The notes under the pieces were generated by a model. That model saw only the letters and a program-made list of their open reading frames with translations. It made no database searches and was not told the DNA's origin. Positions 23,824 through 37,481 of a stretch of 64,000 bases of DNA are shown here, piece after piece (the stretch's first letter is position 1; every line of letters starts with the position of its first letter). The position numbers and the translations under genes were made by a program. The stretch spans positions 27,838,001 through 27,902,000 of the forward strand of contig JBITNC010000001.1 in the NCBI GenBank assembly GCA_050084985.1, written 5' to 3'. Source of the stretch: Nageia nagi (lineage: Eukaryota; Plantae; Pinophyta).

Positions 23824-26800
23824 TGTAGCATTTTAGGGACCCTATTTTTGCAAAGGTAATGAAGGACATTACCTGAGAATGACTAGACCAAGGCCAAGAT
23901 GAGGATTCAAAGTGGCTAAATGATCAAGCAATGCACAAAAATGCCCCCAAAGTCATGAAAACATTTAAACGCATTCAATGGCTAGTTTAGGGCTCGATTT
24001 CAATGACATATTGTAGGATGGAGTTTTGGGTCACAATAATAACTAGAAAGGGAGTTTTTCAAGAAATGGCCCAAAAAGGTGGAAAAGGCATGTTTTTTTG
24101 TATAATTTGAGCTCAAGTGTGGCTAATGTGACAAAAATAAGCATTTTATCAAGTTTGAGTCCAGGAGTAGTGGATATAACTAATATGACAAAAATATGCA
24201 TTTTTGTCAAGTTTGAACCTGGAAGGTTTAGAAGTGGAAAGTATGACGAAAAAGAGGATTTTCATCAATTTTGAGCTTGAAAATGGTCAATATAGTAAAA
24301 ATGTGTGTTTTTGCACCATTTGAGCTCGAAAAGCTAAAAAATGATCAAAAATACAAAGTTGAGCCCAAAATGATCGAAAATGCTCGAAAATATCAGGAAT
24401 GATTATTTTTTTCACACTATGAGCCTGAAAATATCATAAATGATTGGAAATGAGCACTTTCAGCATGAAAATGAATGAAAAATATTAATTTTGAGCTCAA
24501 AAGAATAGAAATTTCATTTTGCATAGTTTGAGCTCAAAAATCATTGAAAATGCAAAATTTGATTTCAAAAGTGCCGAAAAGGGTGTTTTGATCGAGTTTG
24601 AGTTCAAAAATGCTAGGAGTGGTTGAAAATGTACAAATTGAGTCTAAAATGGTTAGAAATGCAAGTTTGAGCACCCCTAGCCCTAATCATATTTTTCCAA
24701 GCTATTGATGATCCAAATGAGTGGGAAATAGTGTCTATTTTTCAAAGATAAATGCAAATGGTGTTAAAAATCAAGTCTAAGAGGATTATTGGAGAGATAA
24801 GATGAATTCTATCATAATTAGGACTTGAAATTTTTTATTTTTGCAAAGTCTAAGGCACTCTAATCCTAGGCACACTTTTTCAAGCATATTAGAAATCCAT
24901 AGAAGTGATTTTTGGTGCTTAGATTTGGGGAAAAAGTGGAAATCCATTGAAAATCAAAGTTAAATGGATGAAAATGATGATTTTAAGGCACTTTAGATCT
25001 TAATTTTTTTGAAATTGAGTAAGTTTAGACCTCTCAAAGGTTAGGCATAGTTTTCCAAATGTTTCCAAATCCAATGGGTTGATTTTTGTTGCCTAGATTG
25101 ACAAGATAGTAAGTTTTTTGCTCAAAAATCAAGTTTAGAGGCTTGGTATAAGGGAAAGAACATTTCAAGCGTATTTAATACTCAAAATTTTTTATTTTGA
25201 GCACTTTTAAGCCTCTAAAGGGTAGGCACATGTTTTCAAGGTTTTGGAAATCCATATGATTAGAAATGAATGCCTAGGAAATTAGCATTTTAAGGGGTAT
25301 ATTACAAGGAAATTATCAATTTTTCAATTTTTTAGGAATCCATTGAGTTGAAAACTAGCACCTAACTTGGAGAGAAAAATGTAAATTTGACCAAAAAATA
25401 ATTTTGAGGCCTTCACTGGATGGAAATGATGACTGTAAGCACATTTAAGTATTAACAATGAATTTGAGCATCTTAAAGGAACCTAGAAGGTAAGTGTAGA
25501 TTTTCATGTCATTGGAAATCCAATAGAGTGAAATCTAGCACTTAACATGAAAAAAATTCACAAATTTTGATCAAAATTTGATTTTTTCACTTCATTGCAT
25601 GGAAAAGGGCATTTTAAGAACATTTAGACTTGAAATTTTTTTATTTTAGGTAAGTAAAGTACCACAAAAGGAAAGGAATAAATTTTCAAGGCATTGCAAA
25701 TCCATAGAGATGAAATCTAATGTCCAACTTGGGAAGGAATATAAAATTTTACTTAAAAATTGAAAATTTTGGCATGTATGCATGAAGGGAGGCATTCTAA
25801 GCACATTTAGGTTGGAAATCTTTGATTTTGACCATTATAATTGCCTAAAAAAGGTTAGCACATGTTTTCAAGCCATTAAAGAATCCAAAGAAGTGAAACC
25901 TAGCACCTAAATCCAAGGAGAAAGCTCAAAAACTCACCAAAAGTCAAATTTTTGCACTTGATTAGGTGAAGGAAGAGGAAACAAGCTCATTTAAACTTTG
26001 AAAATTTCCATTTTGAGCAAAGGAAGTGCCTCAAAAGATTAGGTGTAGGTTTATAAGCCATTAGAAGGTTTTCAAGCTCAAAATCCTTAAGGGGCATGCA
26101 AAATGCACTATTAGTACTTTTTAGGGCAAATTGACCCTAAGGAGCATGCAAAACGTAAAAAAATCTATAAATACTAGCCTAAACCTCTCATTTTCTCCAT
26201 AACACTCTCCTTGGTCATCCATGCATCCATTTTTGAGCAAAATCCTCACAAACTTGCTCAAAAACTCAAAACTTGATCATAAGATCCTAAAAAACTCCAA
26301 ACCCTTTCAAAAAATTTCAAAAACCTTATAATCTCATCCTCCATCCATACATTAGGTCAAATCCACTTTTTTAAAATTTTCCAAATTTCATATGCCCCTG
26401 TCTTTTGGCTATTTTCAACCATTTTAAACATGTCAAAAAACTTACAAAGTTAGTAAAAATGCTTTTTAGAGGCATCAAAACTCTTAAATTTTGGATGATT
26501 CAAAGTTTGAAGTGAACATCAAAGTGATAGAAATTACATAGTAGAACAACCTCCATCATTCACTTCCCCTAAAAAAAGTCTGATGATCCTCTTTGCATCA
26601 CCATATTTCCAAGCTTCAAAGCTGCCTAAAAACTTGTCAAAAATAAATACATGGGCTAAAAATATAGAGAGTTAATTCGAATATTGAAAATTCAATATTT
26701 TTATCTGATACTTGTCCACAAGTCTCTTAGATTTATTTTCTTACATGTCATGTACTCATTTCCTAATTCTGACGAACTTCAAAAATTTCAAAAATCCACA

Positions 26801-29800
26801 TAGCCTCTCAAAAACCCAAAAATATGCCAAAAAAATGAATATCTCATTTTTTCCTCCAAAATTGCTCCAAATATACTTAGTATCACTTCTTATAGCTTTT
26901 ATGTTTCATAGGTTATAAAAAATGAGTATTGATAAGAAGAAAAGGAGCTCCAGATGGAGAGACTCATAAAAGATAGCATGATCACCCTTGAGAAAAGGGA
27001 AGGTTGCCTTCCTTGCAACCGTGCTAGTAGATGGCCTTGGTCAAATTAGAGATACAAACTAGGCACATGCTAACCCTATCAAGATATTAGAAAATATGGC
27101 TAAGATTCTACATGAATAGTTTCTCAATGATAGCTCACTCACTCTAGGATCATTGAAGCCTTTATGATCCCATATACTACTCCATTCCTAGAGTTGCCTT
27201 GAGGTATCCAGATATTGCAATACAAAGGAGAGAACCCTCCTCGATACAAAAGGTACAAAGATACTAAACTTCACAATGGAGGGAATAGAGAATGCCTTTG
27301 CATGGAGCAATGAGGGTATCATGTTCACCATGACATACTCCATCAAATTCTTCAATACCATGACAAAGTTAGGGAATCTAATTAGAGATTGGTCGGTTGA
27401 TGAGTGCAAATCCTTCAAGGAAAAGGCCTTAAGCCAACCAAAGAGGATGAAATTCCATCTGACTATCTCTACCATCATCAACATGTTATGCAAGATAACA
27501 GGACAACAAAATGACTAAAGGTTCAAGAAGGATTTCATTAGCTTCATACATCATATCAGCAGAGATAAAGGAATATGATGGAGTAAGGTGATTTGCCAAA
27601 GGCTAGGTGCAATTTTCCAAATATTTTCAAATCCAATGGTATACCAAAATAATTGACATGAGCTCTTACTTGGTATACCTTCTCATACATGGCAAAAAAT
27701 AGAAGATCCACCATAGTAGATACCAAGTATCTATTTGACTGAGAAATGCAAGTATGACAGAGCTACCCTAGATTCTAGGTGGCAAATTGATAGGATGAAT
27801 TACAAATAATTAATGATGGATTTGAGTGCTAGATATAAAAAGAAATAAAAGGGACCGACTAAATGACTAGAATCTCAAAGGCGATAATCCAAATTCTTTG
27901 AGGACATACATATTTATATCTCAAAGAGATAGATACCACATATATTAGGGTTTATGGCATCTTACAGACTCCCTCATTACGTAAGTGATCAGTTCATCCT
28001 GATGGAACTTTTTAGACACATATCATATCTTCATGAGAAATTTTGGTGTAAGAAAGATGGAACCACTTGTAACTTACCCATCTGCATAGGGGAGTACGAA
28101 TGCACTTCTTGGAGATAAGTTAAAATAATGAAAACGAAGTTAGCTTACTATAACTTCATAATAAAATAAGAAATATGACCTCGAGGGTGTAATTAATACA
28201 TTCTTCAGGAAAACCTGGCAAATTGATTATACCCATAAGTCCCTATGAAAGCTTGAAAGGCATAAAAATGTCAATGATACATAACAAATCAAGGAAATAA
28301 ACATGGACTTAGCAGCAAAAGAGTAGCTTTTACAAACAAAGATAAAGAAGAAGAAGAAGAAAGGTCTACAAGAGGAGAATGTTGAAGCCAAGATACATCC
28401 TTCAATAATCCTTATGAAGAATCCACCTATTCCATATGTACTTCCATCAATCTCACCTTTCATGGGATTAACACAAGGGTAGTTTAGTCAATATGCTACT
28501 TTTATTATTAAACCAGGATAGACTATTGACCAAATAGTACAAGGATTATAGCAAGAGATAAAAAGCATAAAAGAGACCAATGGCATTTCACACCCATACA
28601 AACATGTAAAGAATATGGTGGAAGCTCCCCCTAAAGGTCCATCCCAATATGGACAATTTTATCATTATGGCCCAGGTTCTTTTGCTTCTCTTTCTAGTGA
28701 TAGTGAGGATGAATATGGAATTGACAAAGGAGACCTCTTGAGAGAGCCCTTAGAATAGGGTGAGATAATAGAGATACCTTACATTTTAGATGATGGATTA
28801 GAGTCATCAGTCAAGGAAATACTGGTCATAAATCATCCTATGATGGAAGTATCGATACAAGTAGCAAGATCTACTTCTATACAAGCTTCTACACCTCATT
28901 AATAAAACAAGACACCTCCACGTCAGAGAAAACCTCCACCAATTGCTATAAGAAGGACTCCAACATCCAAGGGAACAACTTCCTCATCGAGAGGGGATGG
29001 AGGAAATGAGGAGGGTGGAGGTGAAAATGAATATCAAAGGAAAAAGAGGAAAGAGGATGAACAATGAGGGAATCCTAAGAGATAAGTGGCTACAGTAGCT
29101 GATTTTGAACCATGTTATAATTTTGACATGAAGGTGCTCTTAAAATAATTTAAGAGCATATCACCCATCTCATGATCAGTCAACCTGGCAAGTAGATCAC
29201 CAAAAGTCAGTTGACTTAATTGTAGGAGGCGAATATGTAATATTTTAATAATTTTTTTTTTTTTTTAGAATTAAGGAAACACCTAGGAACCCTATAAATT
29301 CTATGAATGGACCCTATGGAGTCACTTTTATATAGAATGGAAATTTGGTGAAAAGTTTAATTTTTTTGTAAAGGAAGTAAATTTTGAAAAAATTTCTGTA
29401 ACTCTTTTGCATGCTAATACAAAGTGGTGACTTAATTTCTCAAGTGATTCATCCTTGGTGGATTGGTGAAAGGATTATATTTTATGGCTCTCTTTCATAG
29501 TTTGAATTTTTTTATTTCTTTCCTTGAAAAATTTTGAGTTTTAGGAAAAAATAGTTTTTTCAAATATTTCAAATTACATTGAGTTTGCTACCTTTTTCCT
29601 TTTGCATATTTTAACAAATGTATTATGAAACTATTTATTTTCTACATCTAATTTTAAGTTTTCATTCAAACCTAGTTACAAAGTGCATGTTCTATGCTAA
29701 GTTCTTTTGATTGCATTGGTCCTATTCGTAAAGTATTGACAATCAACCTTGCCTTATGCTCTAGATTCAAAGATAATTGGACAATCATAATTTACTTTGA

Positions 29801-30176
29801 ACTAGATTGAGTGAATGTGAACTTCATGATTGATTGGAAAATATCTTATTTTAGATAATGCTTTATTATGATCTAACCAGTATTGGATCATTCTCATTTT
29901 ATTTGCTTATTCTATCTTTCCTACTTTCTTTTTTTATAAAACCAAAATAAATTTCAATCATAAAAAAAACACCGTGTCCCTAAAAAAAACATGAGCAAAC
30001 AACCTCTACTTCTATCAAACCAGTTGAGTTCATTATCTAAAACCATATAAAATTATGCTACTTCAATAGGAACACAAACAAACCTTGGGGTTTCAGTCCT
30101 TTCAAAAGGAGCTAAGTTATTCTATCTCACCTAAATGTTTGGTGCTTTCCTCATCTCAATGATGTGCAGGCCATCA
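23824..30176 (+). mobile_element. Large decayed LTR-retrotransposon-derived block with internal repeats and a degenerate accessory ORF (~26950-29070)
   Basis: Starts TGTAG; long degenerate tandem ttgagcNcaaaa repeats; TATA ctataaata near 26165; ORF remnants TTYIRVYG and YRLPHYVSDQFILMELFR; ends ...ccatCA. TSD not confirmed and no gag/pol recognised. Confidence 0.45.
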
Positions 30177-31204
30177 TAGACCAGTAGGAAAGGTTTCCAT
30201 CCCAACATTATGTTTTATTTTTTTCATTAAATATTTCAAGATATTAAAACTAATTTGTTCTAATTTATGTATTTTGCAACAGAAATAATAATAATAATAA
30301 ATTTGGAATTGGTGAAGGGTGGAGTGAGAAGAAAGTGCTCCAATAGGTAGGGTCGAATCTTGAAAGGGATAGAGATCATGTGAGATGAAAAGTGATGAAA
30401 CTTCCCCTTGACCAATAAAACTTAGCAATGAAACCAGCTAACATTCATAAGAATGTATGGAATATTTTCTTTGATATTTAATATTTGAACTTGATTACTT
30501 AATATTTTTTAATATAATACTAATAAATTATTTCATAAGAAGGTATGGAATATGCTACTTAAGAAAGCAATCGAGGCAGATAAGAGGAAATTGGAAGGCA
30601 AGAAAATACTATAAGAAAAATTGGTGAAGTCCCGAGTTGTTAAACTGGGATGCAATATTATTATACATCGGGCTAGAAGCGGATGGGGGAATATATGTGG
30701 ATGCCCAATTCATAAGTATATTTAGTGATTTTTAATGATATTTAAATTTTGAAAATGAATAGATATTTTTTTTAATATAATACTAATTACTTTTTTTATG
30801 TTTAAGAGATTTCAATTTGTTCCCTAATGATAATGAACGATAATTTGACATCATATTTGGTTACTAGGCCTTGAAAGATAGACTAGATACTGGTGTAAGT
30901 AATTATAATTATTTTAATTAATAAAGGCATATGAATTTGTTGTAGGTGATGCATATTTTTGGTAAGTTTGATTATTTACTAATATTTATTTTCTTATTAT
31001 TTGCAAGCAGGTGCATCGCAGGGTCAAACAAAGCAGCATGACCTACAGGTGATTAAGCATTGTAAGCCATCAAGAGAAGCAAACGATGTGGTTCACTACA
31101 AGCATTTGTTTGGATCATCAGATGATGGTGATGATGATGAGTCAAGTAGCGAGTCACCTATCAAGTCAAATAGTGGGTCAAGTAGTGGCTTAGGTCATGA
31201 GTCA

Positions 31205-31702
31205 TGTTGGAATGTATAGTGCATTATTGTAAAGGTTTTGTAATAATATTCTATGTAAGTTCACTAATACTTAAGGGTAAAATTTGATACCTTAAGTATT
31301 TAAGTGAATATGATAATGTAACTTGTCCTACACTCCATGTCATGAGCATGCCCTTTTGGTAAAAGGATGTGCATGTCAAGCTTTTGTACATTGGGTAAAA
31401 GGGTGATCCAAAGAGGGATTTTGGCCTATAAATAAAAGGCTCTCTCTTTGGAGCAAACACCAATTTACGAAGCAAAGTTATGCTATAGGATAGTGGTTAG
31501 GAGATGAGATTAGGAGAATTGTAAGAGGTTCATATTTGTGAATGAAGTAATATCAAGTTAGTGGATGTACTCCTAGTTGGAGGAACCACTTTATCTCGAG
31601 TCACTTAGTGAGATTGTCTTCTTGAGTTATCTTGATGTTAGTTTGAGCTTCTATGAGATCTTGGTAGTTTAGGATTATTTACGTTATACTTCAAATCCTT
31701 CA
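31205..31702 (+). mobile_element. Solo LTR (498 bp), same family as 7571-8070
   Basis: TGTTGG...CCTTCA with TSD AGTCA/AGTTA (one transition). Confidence 0.9.
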
Positions 31703-31959
31703 AGTTAGGTAGTGAGTCATCTAGCGAGGATGTTGACGTCGAGTCCTAGTACTCATGATGTGAATACCATTGTATCATTTTGATGTATATATAAAAATAT
31801 AATGATAATTATTATTAAATATTTATTAAAATATAGTAGAATTATATATTAATAACACAAATAAACTTATATTAATAATTATTAAATATTTTCATTATTT
31901 AATTATTAAAATTAAATAAAATTATACTAATCATTTTAACATTTTTTTATTTATCAAAA

Positions 31960-32233
31960 AATCGACATAATAAAAGATCCCAAACAATGCAATTATAAAT
32001 GCAAAAAGAGACGCAATTTGATAGGAAAAATCGATGCAAAAAAGGACACCAACTAGAAGACACTTTTAGACACAAATACAAGAGTAAATAGATGCAAAAT
32101 TCAACACCAATTAGGATGCAAAAATTGTTGGGTTAGTTGCATTAAAATTTGCATCATTTTTTAGTGTTGAAGTTAAAAAATACTTTAGGTTTCAATGCAC
32201 AAAAGGATGTAAATACAATGATTTTTAGTAGTG
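31960..32233 (-). mobile_element. CACTA element terminus (TIR plus subterminal repeats)
   Basis: atttttagtagtg (32221-32233) is the reverse complement of CACTACTAAAAAT; preceded by repeated gacgcaa/gatgcaa/gacacca motifs. Confidence 0.7.
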
Positions 32234-35200
32234 TTTACATAATATTACACAACAAACCTAATTATATACACACATCAATAATATTTAATAAAACAAATAT
32301 AACATTAAGCTTTGTCCCTACTCATAACTGCTTAACCAATATTTATCTTTTGTGATCTCATGATAATCACCAATAACTCCTCGTATAGTGATTTCGTCAT
32401 TATGCAAAGCTCACCATAACCATAAGATTATCCTTCAATGTTTACAACAAAGCACTAATTTTACTTAGTGCCATATGAAAATCATTGAGATTCACTTTAC
32501 GTACCACTGTATCAAAGATGATGCCTTTCAATTTTTATGCAACATGAGCCATGTGGAATATTTCCACCTCCTTATGCAGTATTTCATCAATTATAATGTC
32601 TAACCTTCAATAAACCACTCCATATAATATAAGGCACTTTAATATATTTCATCCTTGACCTTTATCATTTTAAGATTAGATGCCAACATTATTAAATTTC
32701 CACTAATTTAATTATCACAATGTAATATTAACATTCTTAGCCATTCATGCTAAGATAACCTATCCACGACTTGTCTTCCTTATTTTCTGTGATCATATTA
32801 AAAAAAAAGATAATATTGGAATGAGAATCACATCTCCACACCCACCAACATTCTCATCAAGGTAACCATATTTTAGTTTATCATATTCTATAGAATCCTT
32901 TTCTCTATTAAAGCTTCAACACATAATTCTTCAAAAGTGTTATTAGATGAGATGTATATTTTAAATATTCATAACAAACTATGAAGAAAAGCATCTTTAA
33001 TAGACCCATATTTATATGGTTATTGGATTTGTAACATTTAGTTTTTACATTTTGAAATATAATCACTCAATTTATGACTTTTATTTTATTTATCATGTAT
33101 AAATGCTCAAGTACATTACTTTTTATAATATTATACCTCAAAATGGTTCAAGAAAATGATATTAAGAGTATTATTGTAGACATAAAAAATTAATTGTATA
33201 TTTAATTAAAATCAATTATTTATGTTTCCAATAAATGATATTGTAATTGATGTAACATGCAAATATCAAGAGAGGACAATGCAATGAGCAAATATCAAGA
33301 AATATGTTGATCTCAGGAGGAATTCAATAACGTATAAAAGAAAATTATTGCAAGATATTTGATAAGACAAACAAGTATAAGGCGAGATCCACAATACAAA
33401 GATGTCTCTTGATACCACCTTCATACTTGGATCTTATTATGTCCTGAGCTCGAGTTCACAATTCACCCTCTTGTGCATGAGGGTTGAGCAAGGACACATC
33501 CATGTTCATTATGGTAGAAACTAAGTACCTAGATCCATAGGAAAAGAACCATTGATAATTCATTTTTCTCCAAGTAGGCTGCTAACAACCCATTTTTGAA
33601 GCAAACGGGTCGCTAGCGATCCTCCCTACATTAAATTTTATGAAACTATAGTTTAGTTTGTAAATGCTCAATTCTGATCTAAAAGGGGTCGTGTGACCAC
33701 TCGTTTCACATCTACTTGGTGAGATCTATCCATTGATGTAACTTTCTTAGTATTTAGAGATAAAATTTGATAGATAATATTTAAATGAAAAATATTGATG
33801 AGATATTTTATTTTTTTATATAATATTTAAATGAAACATACTGATGAGATATTTTATTTTTTTATATATTTATATGATTCACCATTCAAATAAGTATCTC
33901 CAATTATAGTCACAAAAATGATTTCATGGTAAGTAAAATTAATCATTACTATATCCCTCTAACTTCTAAAAATAATTTTGTTAACAATTTTTATTGTGGT
34001 AAAATATTATACATATCATCCAAAAAAATATTATATAATTAACTTGATCCTCTTTTTTAATGAAAATTTTGAAATTTAATATTATCATACTCACTTGGAT
34101 AGGATGGTTGAGAATGTTGTGTCCTAATATTATGAGGTTAATTTTATCTAAAGTAAGAAGAGTAATAATTCCTATTTACATATTTTGGTTTTGCTATTTT
34201 ATGTACATCATGCAAATGTGTGTTCTCTAGGATGTATGATTGAAGTGTACGAGATACGCAATTGGGTAAGTGGGTGAGTAAGTTTGGAAAAATGAGATTT
34301 GAGATTGACATATGGAAGCTTTAGGTTATGAAAAAAAAGGTTTTCGACAACTTAAAAAAATGTATTATATGACATAAATGGTAGAGAATATTACTAGAAA
34401 ATTATAATATGATTTTGTGCAAATTGTATATACATTCGGTTACGTGTTATTTTTTGTATTTTAGAGTGTTGATTTGTCAAAGGGACTATTTCTATACTTG
34501 TACAAGAAGTGCAAGTGATAGAAATAACTATCCTTAAGGCCTATTTTAATGTTTTTATGGTTGTAGAAGTAGGCTAATTTTATCAAAGAGAAGGATAATG
34601 AAGTAGTTGTTCCTATACTAATGACAACAAGTACGTGATTTGTAGGTAGGAAAAAGGTGATGATTAGTATAAATAAGTTATTTAACATTACAATATCTTA
34701 AACTAATAGAATGATATTTTGATTACCCGTTTAAGAAGAATTAGAATTTTTGTGTAATTCTTCTTCTATTAAAATATTGAGAGTAAATTTATATTTTCAT
34801 ATTTCTATTTATCATAATTTTATGTGTCTCTTCTTTTAATAAACATTCAAAATTTATAAAACTAAATTTCTCATTAAACCAAAAGATACAAAATATAGGT
34901 TTTTCAAGAAAATTAAGTACTTACCAATTAAAATGCATAAAACAAAATTTTTAAAATATATTTATAGACACAACCTAAAAAAGATACTTCATGTCTCCAA
35001 GTTCCCATAAAACTATACTAACCATTAATTAATTAATTTATGAGACAGACTTTCTCTGGAGATATTTAATAATTTATTTACCTGTCAGCCTTCTATAACT
35101 TTATTTAACTAATCTATTTACCCATAGTTTCATTTAACGTTCCTCACCAGAAGAATATCAAATTCATACTCAAGATTTAAGCAGCAGATCTACTCACATC

Positions 35201-35446
35201 CTGAAAATTATCTCCTGCCACCATTTCATTCCTAGACTGAAAACGTACTTCACGTCAAAAGACGGCGGGAGATCTTCGACACAAATCTCCGTCGAAGTTG
35301 CAGGTCTGTTTTTAAAACCCTAACAGAAAACAAATTTTCACATACAGAAATAGAAAGAAAATTTTTGTTTGAAGTTGATGTTGTTGTAGATTTTTGTTGT
35401 GTATTCTTTGATTTTTATGTTTAATTTCTGAAGATTGGCGGAAAAA

Positions 35447-37481
35447 ATGGAGGTCACCGGTTCGAATCTTTGCAAACCTTCGAAGCTTTTGTTTTCGCAT
35501 AGAAGGGGGCCTGGTTTGGTTTATTCTTTAAATTTGGCAAGTAGAAAATTGGCAATGGCTAGGAACAACTGTGACATTTTTACCGCAAACTGTAGAACAC
35601 GTTTATATTTGCAGAGAATTTATGTTGGAAGATTTTCGGGGAATTTTGGGGTGAAATTTAGCAGGAGGAAATGTTTGGCAAGGTGTGAGCCTGATGGGAG
35701 TGATTCTGTTGCTTATGTTAATAGAGTGGAAAATAGTAATAATGACGAGGGGGAAGGGGAAAGTAGCACTGGAAATTCTTTAGGCAAGGGTAAGAGTGAA
35801 AACTCTGGTAAAGATGTTGATGAATTTGCAGAAAATATTCATACAGCGTCGATATTGAAAGAAAATGTTCATACAGCGTCGAAATTAACAAATAGCGATG
35901 TTGCCAGAGGTGCTTCTGAGGTTGACTCGGCTAGTCAAAATGTTAGTCGATTGACAGAGAATGGTAGTGAAGCGATGGGATTTGTAGGAATAGAGGGTTC
36001 AGGAGCTTCCGTGGCTGATAAGGGAGTTGAGAAGTGTGATGGATTTAGTAAGGGTGAGGGATATTCTCTGGATGATTTGAGGGGGTTGCTGGAAGTAGCT
36101 TTAAGGAATTTGGAGGATGGGAGGACGAACAGTACAATGTTTGAGGAAAGGGCGCAAAAGATATCCGAGACAGCAATTGCGCTGAGGGATGAGGCAGTGG
36201 AAGCAAGGAAGAAGGCCGATGAAGCCATGGCGATGGTTCAGCAGCTGATCGGTGAGGAAACGAGAGCTTTGGAGGCTCTTGACAAGGCAAAGGCTGCTGT
36301 GGATGTTGCAGAAACAGAGACTAAAGTTGCTTTAGAGGCATTACAGAAAACACAAGATAAGATCAGAGAGAAAGAGGAATCGACAGTTGGTAGTAGTTCC
36401 GTAGGGGATACGGAGGGATTAAAGAGTGCAGATGTGGAAAGAGTGATGGATACTGCTGAAGAATTATCTGACGCTCATAGACAGGAGAGATCGAATTTTG
36501 GAGCAATTGTGGAAAATAAGGATGGGGACGAGGTGAAAACATCTGAAGAATGGAAATCTCCAAAGTCAAAGGAAGAAATTGCGTTGGATCTGGCACAAGA
36601 TGAGCTAAGGATGTGCGAAGCTGTACTTGCCCATTGCAAAGCAGATTTACACGGCATACAACAGTCAAAGAAAGAGTTGCAAGCAGAGGCTGATCAACTG
36701 AATAAGATAGCGGAGAAAGCTGCGAAAAGGACTGTTCAGGCGGACGAGGATGTTGCAAATGTGATGGCTCTGGCAGAAGAGGCAGTTGCAATGGAGCTTG
36801 AGGCTGCTCAGCGTGTAAGTGATACTGAACTGGCTCTTCAGAAAGCTGAAAAATGTGCTGCAGATGCAGGTCAGAATATTCCACTTAAAAGTGCTGCAAA
36901 GTCTAGTGAAGACCTTGTACCAGATTTAGACGCTTCTATAGAGAAGGGTAACATACTCACTGAAGAGTCTGCAATTAAGGATGCCTCTGTCGGAGGTAAT
37001 GGAAAGGGTGTTGATGTTGATGGAAATTATAGAAACGAAAAGGAGATGACTGCTTTATTGGAAGAGAGTGCATCTGTACAAGAAGAAGTACATTCTCAGG
37101 TAAAACCTTCCCAAGTTGGTGGCCTCGTGGAGCATCTTGAAAGTGATGATAAGCATGTGCATCATGAGAACACTTTGACAGAGACAGAGACGAAAAAGGA
37201 TGTCGAACATGAGAGAGTCAAGTATGTATCAATAGAAGCAGAACAGGATAAGGCAAATGCTGCATTTCAACAAAAAAGATAGATAATTCTAAGGATACTT
37301 CTTCCGGTAGTGTTCCAAAGGCATCCACAAAGAAGTCCTCACGTTTCTTCTCTGCATCTTTCTTTTCTTTTGACAATGATGGAGATGAGTTCACTCCAGG
37401 CGCTGTATTTTCTGGATTCATTTCTTCGCTTCGAAACCAATTGCCAAAGGTGGTTATGGGAGTGCTACTGCTTGGTGCTGG
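35447..37481 (+). CDS. KEA2: KEA coding exon 1 (apparent 1-bp deletion near 37262-37277)
   Basis: ATG at 35447; ORF hits TAG at 37280 but conserved [13 protein letters not shown]...VLLLGAG continues in another frame; donor GT at 37482. Confidence 0.88.

Noticed and set aside
35435-37282. Standalone 615-aa coiled-coil (SMC/myosin-like) gene or a bacterial KefC transfer
   Set aside because: It is exon 1 of a spliced plant KEA1/2 gene; the stop is caused by a frameshift.
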